DNA of 25,710 nucleotides from a virus. Lineage: Duplodnaviria; Caudoviricetes. Positions 1 through 8,198 of the stretch are shown in pieces. The position numbers and the translations under genes were made by a program. How positions within the stretch are numbered: position 1 is the stretch's first letter; each line of letters opens with the position of its first letter. The notes beneath the pieces were generated by a model. The model searched no databases and was not told the DNA's origin. It worked only from the letters and a program-made list of their open reading frames with translations. The stretch spans positions 1 to 25,710 of IMG/VR virus record IMGVR_UViG_3300021476_000026; one strand, 5' to 3'.

Positions 1-405
1 CAATACCGCCTGAACGGTCGATCCGAGCACTCCGGCCGCGGATACGTTGGCGGTGTTCTGCACCGCCGGGCCGACCATGATCTCCTGGATACACGCCGTG
101 GCCGTGCAGTTCGCCGACACGAGCGCGTTGGGCGCGAGGTACAGGGCCTGCCCCTGCGGGTCCTTGAGCTTGATCGCGCAGTTGAGCGTGGGCGTCGTGC
201 CGGACACGGCTCCGGTAACGGTGAGGTAGCACGCGACCGACCGCGCCCCGAACGGCACCGGAATATCCGCCGATGTCGTCGTGGCCGTGACTGTGGCGTT
301 CGCGAGCACGATCGTATTGGCAAAATTGGCCGGCTGCGCGAAAGCGGGAAGCGCACACAGGGTCAATAGTACGGCCGCAAGGCACAGGATAGACCGTAAG
401 CGCAT
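1..405 (-). CDS. Secreted beta-rich protein, paralog of 405..863 (runs off the window start)
   Basis: Not in the ORF track. Manual translation from ATG 405 (TGATG overlap): MRLRSILCLAAVLLTLCALPAFA-QPANFANTIVLANATVTATTTSADIPVPFGARSVACYLTVTGAVSGTTPTLNCAIKLKDPQ... is open to base 1. Sec-type signal peptide with an AFA cleavage motif. Confidence 0.85.
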   Translation of the reverse strand, partial: MRLRSILCLAAVLLTLCALPAFAQPANFANTIVLANATVTATTTSADIPVPFGARSVACYLTVTGAVSGTTPTLNCAIKLKDPQGQALYLAPNALVSANCTATACIQEIMVGPAVQNTANVSAAGVLGSTVQAVL

Positions 406-863
406 CATGCACCCCCCGGTACGCCGATTTCCTGCCACACGAGCGTCGCGTATACGCCCCCGAACGACGGCGTCGTACCGGTCACCGTCCACAGGACCCG
501 CATGATCGCCGGCATGATCGCCGGCAACGCAATGTTCGCGACGAACGACACGACGGGACCGACAATCAAGAGCGCCGTCCCACCCGTCGCTGTGATGTTC
601 GGAGCGGTCACAAGCGTGTAATACTGTGTCGTGAGCTGCAGGTCTTTCGCCGCGAGCGCAAACGCGAGCGTCGGCGCCGTGCCCGATACAGCCCCGCTGG
701 CTACCGCGTACAGCATGACCGACTGCGCACGCGCGGGGACGAAAATATCGCCCGAGTTGCCGGTCACCGTGACCGTCTGGTTCGTTACGAGCGGCGCCGG
801 CACCGAGGTCGTCGGGCCGATCACGTTCGTCTGATACTTGCCTTTATCGACGAGGTACGCCAT
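405..863 (-). CDS. Putative virion beta-sandwich protein (Thr/Val/Ala-rich)
   Basis: Directly after the portal. All-beta composition with GAVSGTAPTL and WTVTGTTPSF motifs. The structural role is inferred from position and composition. Confidence 0.7.
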   Translation of the reverse strand: MAYLVDKGKYQTNVIGPTTSVPAPLVTNQTVTVTGNSGDIFVPARAQSVMLYAVASGAVSGTAPTLAFALAAKDLQLTTQYYTLVTAPNITATGGTALLIVGPVVSFVANIALPAIMPAIMRVLWTVTGTTPSFGGVYATLVWQEIGVPGGA

Positions 864-2681
864 TTACCGGCCCACGATGTTCTGAGTCACGTTCACGCCT
901 CGCCCGCGGGGTCGCGGTCCCGCCGCCGCCCGCGTTACCGCACCCGCACCCTGCGCGTGCGCCGCCGCGATCCGCTGCAACACCTCTTCCTTGTTCGGGT
1001 AATCGATCGCATCGAGCACGGCTTTCGCGTCCGTGAGTCCGGCGGAGTAGAGCGCCATTTCCATCGCCCATTTCCGCTCCTTGCTGAGCGCGAGCGAGCT
1101 CGACGGGCTCACGCGGATCCGGAACTGCTTGAGCAGTTCCTTCCGCTCCGCTTCGCCCGGCGGCTGCAGTCCGTCGAGATCGGGGAACGCACCGTCGGGA
1201 CCGAGCGCCATTCCGTGTTGCAGGGTCGCGAGCACGCGCGGATCCCAGGTCATGGGCACGATCCCCTGCGGGCCCAGGAGATCGACGACGCGCTCGTCCG
1301 TGTAGTGCTGGAATACGCGCGCCACGACCCGCTGCCCGAGGTTCACGAGCCCTGCTTCGAGCTCGCGCGCTTTGAGCCGGATCGTGGCTTGGGTCGCGAG
1401 CTGCAGCGATTCAATCGCCGCAGCCGCAGTGACGCCCTTCGGGGCGCGTCCAAAACCGGTATCCATGAGGCCCGAGACGAATTGCATGTCCTGCTTGAGC
1501 ATGGTGAGGAGCTCCATCACCCCGCTCGGAAGTGCCGCCCCCGTGTCGCGCTTGACCTCGCGTCCCACCCGCTTCTCGACGATCACGCCCGGCCGGCTCG
1601 TGAGCTTGTCGCGCTCGGTCGGGATGAGCGCGCCTTCGTCGAGGATCCAGATGCCGTTCGTCATGAAGCGGGCGTTGTCGATCAGGAGCGATACGATCAC
1701 GTTGATCGCATCGTTCAGGTTCTTGAGCTGCGTGATGTCCGGGGACCCGTACGGCGATTCCTCGATCTGGTTGACCGTAAAATCGATCCACGGCCCCGGC
1801 CACGGGTCCCAATACGGCGCTTTGTCGTCGTACAGGACGACCCGGGGCGACAGCGCGCGCGTAATCATCCGGCCTTCGGGGTAGAGCGGCCTGTCGAGCT
1901 TGTCTGTGGCCGGGTCGCGGATCAGCCACTCCTCCACCCACGCGCGCGGCACAGCGCTCGCCATCATGCGACTCTTGCGCCGTGGCCGGCTGAACGGGAA
2001 CCAGTGCCGCTGCTGGCCCTCCGTGTAGCTCGACAGGTCCGCGTCCGGCCGCACCATCGCGGCGCGCTCAGGATCGAACCGACGGCGGATGTCCCAGAGT
2101 GTTGCGGGCACGCGATAGCAGATGTATTCGGAATCCTTGAACGCTGTCGCGTTCGGGTCTTTGCGGATGAACCGGGGACTGATGCGCGAGATCCCGATAT
2201 CGCCCTGGCCCCAGTTCTTGGTACCGTCCCAATAGCACTTCAGGTATGCGTTACTCGTGATGAACAGATCGTACACGCAGCGCACGAGCGCGCGGTCGAC
2301 ATCGTTCTGGAACCACTGCGCTTCGATAATCTCGCGCAGCTGCGTGTTGACACGCGCCCAGAACGCGTCGTTCGGCCGGCTCGTGATCTCGATATAGGGC
2401 TTGGTGTCGGTGAGGAGAGCGGCGGACTGCTGCACGATCCGCCAGATCTGGTTGTTCGTGATCTGCGCGAGCCCACCGGACCGAGGCCGCGCCCACTGCT
2501 CGCCCAGGATGTAGCGCTCGTTCCCGTCCCACTCGCCGACTTCTTTGCGATACGCCGCGTCGGACTCGTCGAACATCGCATCGAGCATCCCATGCAGGCG
2601 CCGCTCCTGGTCCGACATGGGCTGCACCTGCGACCGGGGCTCGGGCGCTATGCGGCGCGTAGGGAGACGCAGAACCGCCAT
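864..2681 (-). CDS. Portal protein (P22-like family)
   Basis: 605 aa, downstream of TerL. G.QW...NNQIWRIV N-terminus, YG..DI..L..LND.IN, D...VSG.....G...GVTAAAAI..LQ and R....Y..ERVV.L.G motifs typical of this portal class. GGGAGG RBS. Confidence 0.9.
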   Translation of the reverse strand: MAVLRLPTRRIAPEPRSQVQPMSDQERRLHGMLDAMFDESDAAYRKEVGEWDGNERYILGEQWARPRSGGLAQITNNQIWRIVQQSAALLTDTKPYIEITSRPNDAFWARVNTQLREIIEAQWFQNDVDRALVRCVYDLFITSNAYLKCYWDGTKNWGQGDIGISRISPRFIRKDPNATAFKDSEYICYRVPATLWDIRRRFDPERAAMVRPDADLSSYTEGQQRHWFPFSRPRRKSRMMASAVPRAWVEEWLIRDPATDKLDRPLYPEGRMITRALSPRVVLYDDKAPYWDPWPGPWIDFTVNQIEESPYGSPDITQLKNLNDAINVIVSLLIDNARFMTNGIWILDEGALIPTERDKLTSRPGVIVEKRVGREVKRDTGAALPSGVMELLTMLKQDMQFVSGLMDTGFGRAPKGVTAAAAIESLQLATQATIRLKARELEAGLVNLGQRVVARVFQHYTDERVVDLLGPQGIVPMTWDPRVLATLQHGMALGPDGAFPDLDGLQPPGEAERKELLKQFRIRVSPSSSLALSKERKWAMEMALYSAGLTDAKAVLDAIDYPNKEEVLQRIAAAHAQGAGAVTRAAAGPRPRGRGVNVTQNIVGR

Positions 2682-2728
2682 CTGCCCTCCCGCAGCGCTT
2701 CTGTCTGAGTGTTAGACGAGTAGGGGGG

Positions 2729-3046
2729 CTACAGGAGTCCTTGGTCGAGGAATTGCTTGACGACCGTGCGGAACTTGTGCGCGAACGTCATCCGAAGCGA
2801 TTGCGCGCGCGCTTCGGCACCCACGATCTGCTGCGGATCGCCTTGGCCGCGCACGCCCCACCACGTCTTGAAATGCTGGACGAACCGCTCGTCCGGGTCC
2901 GGAGTCGTCTCCCGCTCGAGCAAGAGGCGGATGTAGCGCACGATGCTGAGCCCGTGCTCCTCCGCGCGCGCCCGGATCGCTTTATCAAGCTCCTCGGTCA
3001 CGTAGATGTGGAAGCTGATGGGTGCGGACCGGCGCGTTTCCGGCAC
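2729..3046 (-). CDS. Ribbon-helix-helix (CopG/Arc-like) DNA-binding protein
   Basis: SFHIYVTEELDKAIRARAEEHGLSIVRYIRLLLERE fits an RHH pattern. GTG 3046 follows GGAGGA and overlaps the TerL stop. Confidence 0.75.
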   Translation of the reverse strand: MPETRRSAPISFHIYVTEELDKAIRARAEEHGLSIVRYIRLLLERETTPDPDERFVQHFKTWWGVRGQGDPQQIVGAEARAQSLRMTFAHKFRTVVKQFLDQGLL

Positions 3047-4728
3047 TAGAACGTCCTCCAATCCAGATCGTCGGGCCGGTCCACGTTCCGCAGGTGCTGT
3101 CCCATGTCGTGCTTGAGCGCGTAATCGGGATCCTTGAGCGCTTCTGGGGGCAGTCCCTCGATCGCGTACTTCTCGTGCGGGACCGTGACCGCGGCCCGCC
3201 CGCGCGGCCGGTTCACATCATTCACGAACGCCGCGATCATCATCGCCATCACGCGATCGTCCTTGCAGCCAGGTGCCGCCTGCCCGGGCTCGATGAACCG
3301 CATCATTTCGCCTACGAGGTCCTTGCTCTGGATCCCGATGCTGCCGTTCCGCACGTGCTCGGACATGAGCGCGATCAGGAGCGGTTTCGTCTTTTGGTTC
3401 GTGACCCAGCCGATCTGGTCGGTCATCTTGTCCACGAACCGGTCCATGTAGCGCCACCGATACTGGTTGAAGTAGGTTTTCCGGAGCTCGGCCATCGTGC
3501 TGAACCCCTGGCCCTCGAGCTCGATCGCTACTTCCGCGCTATTGTACCAGCGCGCCACTCCTTCGATCCTGTGCGCGAAACTGATCGGTTCGATCCGCTG
3601 GTGCCACTCCGCGACCTGATTGTCCTGGTCGTCGAGCAACTCCATGCAGCAGAAATCCCCGCCCTCGACCCCAAGCGCCGCGTCACACCCCGCCGTGTAC
3701 CGCTTCCCTTCTTTCGGGAGCTCCCAGATCTTGAGCGGACCTTTGGGATCCTCGTGGAATACGTTCGCGGGATCGACGTATCCCTGCGCGATCGGTTTCT
3801 TGCAGCGCTCGAGTGCGAGCTCGAGCCGGTAGTTATCGAACACGGGGAAGCCAGCCACGATCCACGCTTCCTCGTCGTTCGACGGGTACTCCTGGCGGAA
3901 CAGGTCCTTGTCGCCTTTCTGCTCGCTGATCCGCATCCGCCGCCACGCGATGCGGCCGTCCGATAGTTTGTAGATCCGCTTGAGCCGCTTCTCTTCGTCA
4001 TCGAGCGCGCGCTTCTCCATCCAGTGCAGCATGATCCGCCCGTGCAGCTCGTACTCCTCGACCGTGAACCACGGGATGAAGATCGCGCGAAAGGCGTTCG
4101 CGCCCCGCTTCATTTCCTCCCAGAACTCGTGCCACCAGTTCCCGGCCCCGTGCGCGGTCGACTCCATGAATACCATCGTGCCGGGCTCGTACGGCACGCC
4201 GTTAAAGAGTCCGCTGAACAGGTCCTCCGGGTACGGCCACTGCGCGATCTCGCTACAGTGCAGGATGTGCGTCGTGACGGCCCGGCCCGCGCCGATCTTG
4301 CCGGCCGTCCGGATATCGATCCGGCTGCCGAGCCCGAGGTCGACGGAATACTGCGGCGTCTCGGGCCGATCGAGCACGATCTCCTGGCGCGTGTTCCAGC
4401 GCCGCATCGGCTTGATCGGCATGTGATCGTAAAACGTCTTCGCCATATCGAGCAACCGGCGCGTCGAGTCCGAATCGTGCGCGATCGTGATCGCGTTCGT
4501 GTTAAAGTGGGTCGTGAGCCCCCACCACGAGATCCCTTCACAAAGCGTGCTACAACCGATCTGCCGGGGTTTCAATACGCCGATCCGGACAGGCTCGCCG
4601 TCGTCGATCTGCTGCGCGACCACGTTCCAGATGATCTGCTGCTCCCCGTTCAGGACGAATGGCGCGATCCGGCGATCCTTCGTCCGGATGCGGAGGAATG
4701 TCTCCGCGTACGTGGGGAAGTCGATCAC
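3046..4728 (-). CDS. terL: Terminase large subunit
   Basis: Walker A-like LKPRQIGCST, Walker B ILHCSE, coupling motif ESTAHG, nuclease acidic motifs GCDAALG and KDDRVMA. Probable start GTG 4728 (VIDFPTYAETFLRIRTK). Confidence 0.95.
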   Translation of the reverse strand: MIDFPTYAETFLRIRTKDRRIAPFVLNGEQQIIWNVVAQQIDDGEPVRIGVLKPRQIGCSTLCEGISWWGLTTHFNTNAITIAHDSDSTRRLLDMAKTFYDHMPIKPMRRWNTRQEIVLDRPETPQYSVDLGLGSRIDIRTAGKIGAGRAVTTHILHCSEIAQWPYPEDLFSGLFNGVPYEPGTMVFMESTAHGAGNWWHEFWEEMKRGANAFRAIFIPWFTVEEYELHGRIMLHWMEKRALDDEEKRLKRIYKLSDGRIAWRRMRISEQKGDKDLFRQEYPSNDEEAWIVAGFPVFDNYRLELALERCKKPIAQGYVDPANVFHEDPKGPLKIWELPKEGKRYTAGCDAALGVEGGDFCCMELLDDQDNQVAEWHQRIEPISFAHRIEGVARWYNSAEVAIELEGQGFSTMAELRKTYFNQYRWRYMDRFVDKMTDQIGWVTNQKTKPLLIALMSEHVRNGSIGIQSKDLVGEMMRFIEPGQAAPGCKDDRVMAMMIAAFVNDVNRPRGRAAVTVPHEKYAIEGLPPEALKDPDYALKHDMGQHLRNVDRPDDLDWRTF

Positions 4729-4751
4729 GGCGCGGCGGACGGAGGACGGGA

Positions 4752-5090
4752 CTACGCGCCCAAGGATGGGGGCTCGACCTCCTCGCCTCGAACATGGGCA
4801 TCGAGCATAGCCTTGTGGCGCTCCTCGTCTGCCGTAAGTGGCAGATCGGGGATGTGCACGGTCCCGCCCCGGAACACGTCCTCGTGCCGGCCGCGCTGGC
4901 GAGGCGATACAGGTGCGGAGAGGATCCGCGGCCCCCGGAATCCCTCCTGGAAGGCGTCCATACTCGCGCGCACAGCGCGCAGGAGATCGACCAGCACCAC
5001 GAGCGTGAGCGCGATCCCGCACGCGAGCCCGAGACCCAGCACGAGCAGGACCGCAGCGAGCGCGTCCTGGAGCGCCTGTCCGAACGTCAT
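4752..5090 (-). CDS. Hypothetical membrane protein
   Basis: N-terminal hydrophobic segment. ATGA overlap with the upstream gene. Confidence 0.7.
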   Translation of the reverse strand: MTFGQALQDALAAVLLVLGLGLACGIALTLVVLVDLLRAVRASMDAFQEGFRGPRILSAPVSPRQRGRHEDVFRGGTVHIPDLPLTADEERHKAMLDAHVRGEEVEPPSLGA

Positions 5091-5353
5091 TTGGACGGCT
5101 TGACGGTGATCGTGTATTTCCCCCGAAGCTGAATCAGGTCCGCTTCGCGCTGGGTATCGAGAATGACCCAGAGATACTCCGGAAGATCCTCCTCACGACC
5201 CTTCGCAGGTCGGTCCGTGAGCAGGATATGAACACCGCAGACTTGGCGCCCGTCGTCGATGAAAAAGTTCAAGGATGTGCACTCGCCCTCAAGCACGATC
5301 TCGCTCAGCGCTTCCCGCTCGACCCTTTCGTCGGTTCCCGGTCCCTCCGCCAC
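5087..5353 (-). CDS. Hypothetical protein
   Basis: GGAGG RBS before GTG, globular composition, coupled to the downstream gene. Confidence 0.7.
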   Translation of the reverse strand: MAEGPGTDERVEREALSEIVLEGECTSLNFFIDDGRQVCGVHILLTDRPAKGREEDLPEYLWVILDTQREADLIQLRGKYTITVKPSK

Positions 5354-5777
5354 GGTCGCTCGCCTCCGGTTCCCTGATCTGGCGTACGAGCCCCTCCCAC
5401 GACCCGGCCGCAGTCGGCGCGGGCGCGTCCGCGTCCTTGCTCCGGTTCACGAACGACTTGGGGAACTTCCGGTCGAGAATCTCTGCGGCGGCCCTGATCC
5501 GGTCCTTCGTGTCCTTCGCGCGCTGCGCGATCTCGACAAGGACGGCCAGCGCCGCTTCGGATGCTGTCTCGAGCGTGACGGGCGCTAGGGGAGCGGCTCC
5601 TCCGGACCCCCCTCCGCCCGCGAGGATGCGTCCGGTTGCGGGGTCGCGATCGGCGATGGCTCCGTCACCGGCGAGGATCCGTCCGGTGCGAGGATCGCGG
5701 GCGGTGATCCGTCCTCGAGTTCCGGCTTCCCCGCCCTGATCCGCGCTAGGCCGATCGTGCTGTATGTCGTCGTGCAT
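5289..5777 (-). CDS. Putative terminase small subunit (start uncertain)
   Basis: RDPxTGRILAG occurs twice, followed by EAALAVLVEIA...DRIRAAAEILDR, as in TerS-type proteins. Lies three genes upstream of TerL. No RBS-supported start is visible. Confidence 0.6.
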   Translation of the reverse strand: MHDDIQHDRPSADQGGEAGTRGRITARDPRTGRILAGDGAIADRDPATGRILAGGGGSGGAAPLAPVTLETASEAALAVLVEIAQRAKDTKDRIRAAAEILDRKFPKSFVNRSKDADAPAPTAAGSWEGLVRQIREPEASDRGGGTGNRRKGRAGSAERDRA

Positions 5778-5851
5778 ATACCGCAGTAGTACATCCCTTC
5801 CGGCCGCGCGTCAAGCGCGAACCCGCAGATAGGACAGTTCTCCGTTGCCAT
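5585..5851 (-). CDS. Zn-ribbon protein (CPICG...CGIC), overlapping the TerS-like frame
   Basis: Strong GAGGAGG RBS before ATG 5851. Two CxxC motifs. Confidence 0.65.
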   Translation of the reverse strand: MATENCPICGFALDARPEGMYYCGICTTTYSTIGLARIRAGKPELEDGSPPAILAPDGSSPVTEPSPIATPQPDASSRAEGGPEEPLP

Positions 5852-5873
5852 CGCATCCTCCTCGTCGAGCAGA

Positions 5874-6125
5874 TCATCTGCCGTGCTCCGCACGCACCTG
5901 CGCGATAAATCGCGGGATATCCGCCTCGTGCAACTCCTGCCAGCGCACGTAGACCTCGGGCCATCTTCGCGTGATGATCTCGATCTTGATCGGTCCGCAC
6001 CGCGCGAAGAAGTCTCGCAGCTCCGCGTCGGAGAGATCCATCAGCTGCTCGCGTACAGTTACCGCCGGTACGGGGTCACCGCCCACGGGACCGCTACGTG
6101 CTGCGGATTCGTCCATCGCTCCCAT
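5874..6125 (-). CDS. Hypothetical protein
   Basis: Fills the operon, plausible helical composition. Start could be 6116. Confidence 0.55.
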   Translation of the reverse strand: MGAMDESAARSGPVGGDPVPAVTVREQLMDLSDAELRDFFARCGPIKIEIITRRWPEVYVRWQELHEADIPRFIAQVRAEHGR

Positions 6126-6325
6126 GTCTTGATCGCGAGACCTCCTGTGCCGCAGACGTCGATGATCGCGGACGCGAGCGAGCTCGCTTCAGCCACGTTC
6201 GCTCCCGTCCACCCGTGCTGCGCGACATTATCTGCGAGCGCCTGCGCGCTGCTCGTGACGAGCACCCAGAACACGTCCTGACGCGACGGGGCATCGCCGT
6301 TTCCGTTGCCGTCACGGGATGACAC
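6059..6325 (-). CDS. Hypothetical protein
   Basis: AAGGAG RBS before GTG 6325, overlaps the upstream stop. Confidence 0.6.
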   Translation of the reverse strand: MSSRDGNGNGDAPSRQDVFWVLVTSSAQALADNVAQHGWTGANVAEASSLASAIIDVCGTGGLAIKTWERWTNPQHVAVPWAVTPYRR

Positions 6326-6680
6326 CGTGCTCCTTGGCGAACTCGAAGAACTTGTCGATGTTCGATCGGACCTCTTCGAGGAACCGGAGCGCGATCGGGA
6401 CCGGCATCGACACGGTCAGCTGCTGCACGAGCTCCGTCACGACGGGCGCGTGCTGGGCCAGGATTTGCGGGTGCTGGCGCGGCAACTGGAGCCGCATCGC
6501 GACACGATCGCCCGCAGCGCCGATGTCGAACCGGAGGATCGGTCCTACGGCCGCCACGTCCATCGGCTGCGCGGGCGCTTGAGGCTTCACGATCCCGGGA
6601 GCCGTGCCTTCGGACATATCTGAATCGATCGTGATGCCGGGGGCTCGGACCGGCGCGCGCGGGAACGACGGGATGCTCAT
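6312..6680 (-). CDS. Hypothetical protein
   Basis: ATG 6680 (MSIPSFP...) follows AGGAG just after the Tad1-like stop. Confidence 0.7.
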   Translation of the reverse strand: MSIPSFPRAPVRAPGITIDSDMSEGTAPGIVKPQAPAQPMDVAAVGPILRFDIGAAGDRVAMRLQLPRQHPQILAQHAPVVTELVQQLTVSMPVPIALRFLEEVRSNIDKFFEFAKEHGVIP

Positions 6681-6690
6681 GCGGACGCTC

Positions 6691-7011
6691 CTAGACCGCG
6701 TGCGTGCCTTCGACCCCGCGCGCTTCGCGATCGCGCGTGCGCGATGCCAAGTGGTTGAGCGCATACCGCAGATCGTCAATCGCGGCATCGTTCTCGATGC
6801 ACCTGAATTTACTCCGCTGGTAAAAGTCCAGCCGGTCGATGCACGCGGCGATCACGTCCTCGACAAACGCACCGTTCGGCGGTTGCCGGTCCTCGCCTCG
6901 TCCGAGCGGACCGCGCTGCCAGCTGATGCAGAACCCCACCCCGGACGTCGCGCCGCCCTCGGGATTGTTCTGCGGATCGGAAAAGTGCCGGCTCGTGAAT
7001 CCCTGTCTCAT
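6691..7011 (-). CDS. Tad1/Acb2-family anti-defence nucleotide-sponge protein
   Basis: ISWQRGP...NGAFVEDVIAACIDRLDFYQRSKFRCIENDAA...ALNHLASRTRDREARGVEGT follows the Tad1 pattern (FQ.G...G....DLL....DRL..FQ...F..REN..A.....AL.W...R..DR..R.V.GT). Confidence 0.8.
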   Translation of the reverse strand: MRQGFTSRHFSDPQNNPEGGATSGVGFCISWQRGPLGRGEDRQPPNGAFVEDVIAACIDRLDFYQRSKFRCIENDAAIDDLRYALNHLASRTRDREARGVEGTHAV

Positions 7012-7298
7012 ATGCCAACCAGCGCGGGGTTCGTGAGCGAGAACGTCACGTACAGCTCCTGGCCGAGCTCGAACACGCCGTGCGGGCGCACCACCGACAA
7101 CCGGATCTCGCCTTGGGGGGTCGCGTCCCAGAACGCCTTGTTCTCGCTTCCAGGTTCGTCACCGTAGACCGCGTGCAGGACGTACGTGTGCAATTCCTCG
7201 TGCGCCGCTTTGTACGTTCCGTCCGGCTGTTTCACGGACCGCATCTGGTTGTGACGCGTGGTCTCGTCCACTCTGAACTTGGCGATAGTACCGGTCAT
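7008..7298 (-). CDS. Conserved phage hypothetical protein (AKFRV...EN..FW.ATP.G.I.L family)
   Basis: Recognisable motif set seen in phage hypotheticals. GGAGG RBS. Confidence 0.75.
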   Translation of the reverse strand: MTGTIAKFRVDETTRHNQMRSVKQPDGTYKAAHEELHTYVLHAVYGDEPGSENKAFWDATPQGEIRLSVVRPHGVFELGQELYVTFSLTNPALVGI

Positions 7299-7314
7299 GG
7301 CGTTCCCTCCCTGG

Positions 7315-7725
7315 TTAGTGCGCCTGCGCAGGCGGCGCCCCGTGCTGCTGCTCGATTTTCTGCACGAACGTGAGCAGGTGGTCGGGCGTTTTCGCGATCG
7401 CGCTCCGGCGCGTCACGACACTGTAGACTTCGCAGAGCACGTGGGAGAGCAGGATCTCGGCGGCGATCAGCCCCTCGCTCTTGTGTGTCGGCGTCCGGTT
7501 CACGAGTATCGTGAATGCATCGTACAAGTCGTGCGCGAGCTGCTCGCACCGGTCCGACACGCTGTACACCGTTTCCTGGGCCGACTGCCCGGCGAGTACC
7601 TGGACCGGGCCCGGGATCGGCTCCCGATCCGTCTCGCACCCGCACGCCCGGCACAGGGTCACGAGCATCTGTCCCTCCGTCCTGGTCGAGAGCGCGACCT
7701 TCGGACACTTCGGACAGTACCTCAC
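7315..7725 (-). CDS. Hypothetical protein with N-terminal Zn ribbon
   Basis: CPKC...CRACG. GTGA-coupled start. Confidence 0.75.
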   Translation of the reverse strand: MRYCPKCPKVALSTRTEGQMLVTLCRACGCETDREPIPGPVQVLAGQSAQETVYSVSDRCEQLAHDLYDAFTILVNRTPTHKSEGLIAAEILLSHVLCEVYSVVTRRSAIAKTPDHLLTFVQKIEQQHGAPPAQAH

Positions 7726-8198
7726 GTGCGCGCTTCCGACTCCGCAATCGCATCGCGGAGCGTCACAAGCGCTTGCTCGAGACTCGCGACGAGTTCGCGC
7801 CCTTTCGCACGCTCCACACCGATCACCAGGAACGCCTGCCCCGATTCATCCGTCAGCACCCTGACGTCCTGCTGCGCCGGGATCGGGATCGTGACCCGGA
7901 CCCGCTACCAGCCGTCGAGCGCGACGAGCGGTACGGACACATGCGCGCCGTCGAGGAAACGCACAAGCGCGTCCCGGAGAATGGGCAGCACGGGACGGTC
8001 GAGACCGGCGAGCAGGAGGGTCGGTGGGCGATTGTCCCACGGACCATACTGCACCCACTCGACGCACCCGTTCTCGAGCACGTGCGCGTGCAGGCAGCGC
8101 GCCGCCGGGATCGGTTCCACGTCCGCCGTGTCGCCGAACAGGTTGATCGCGACCGCGTCCTGCGTAAGCAGTGGCGCCACGAGGGCCCGGTATCTCAT
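7722..8198 (-). CDS. Hypothetical protein interrupted by an in-frame TAG at 7905-7907 (readthrough or pseudogene)
   Basis: ATG 8198 has an RBS. After TAG the same frame stays open for 60 codons (RVRVTIPIPAQQDVRVLTDESGQAFLVIGVERAKGRELVASLEQALVTLRDAIAESEART) and ends at a TGA overlapping the next gene's GTG. Confidence 0.6.

Noticed and set aside
957-5103. Long plus-strand ORFs (957..2708, 3022..3966, 4024..5103 and similar throughout)
   Set aside because: Antisense shadows of real minus-strand genes in high-GC DNA. Arg/His-rich, with no motifs or RBS.
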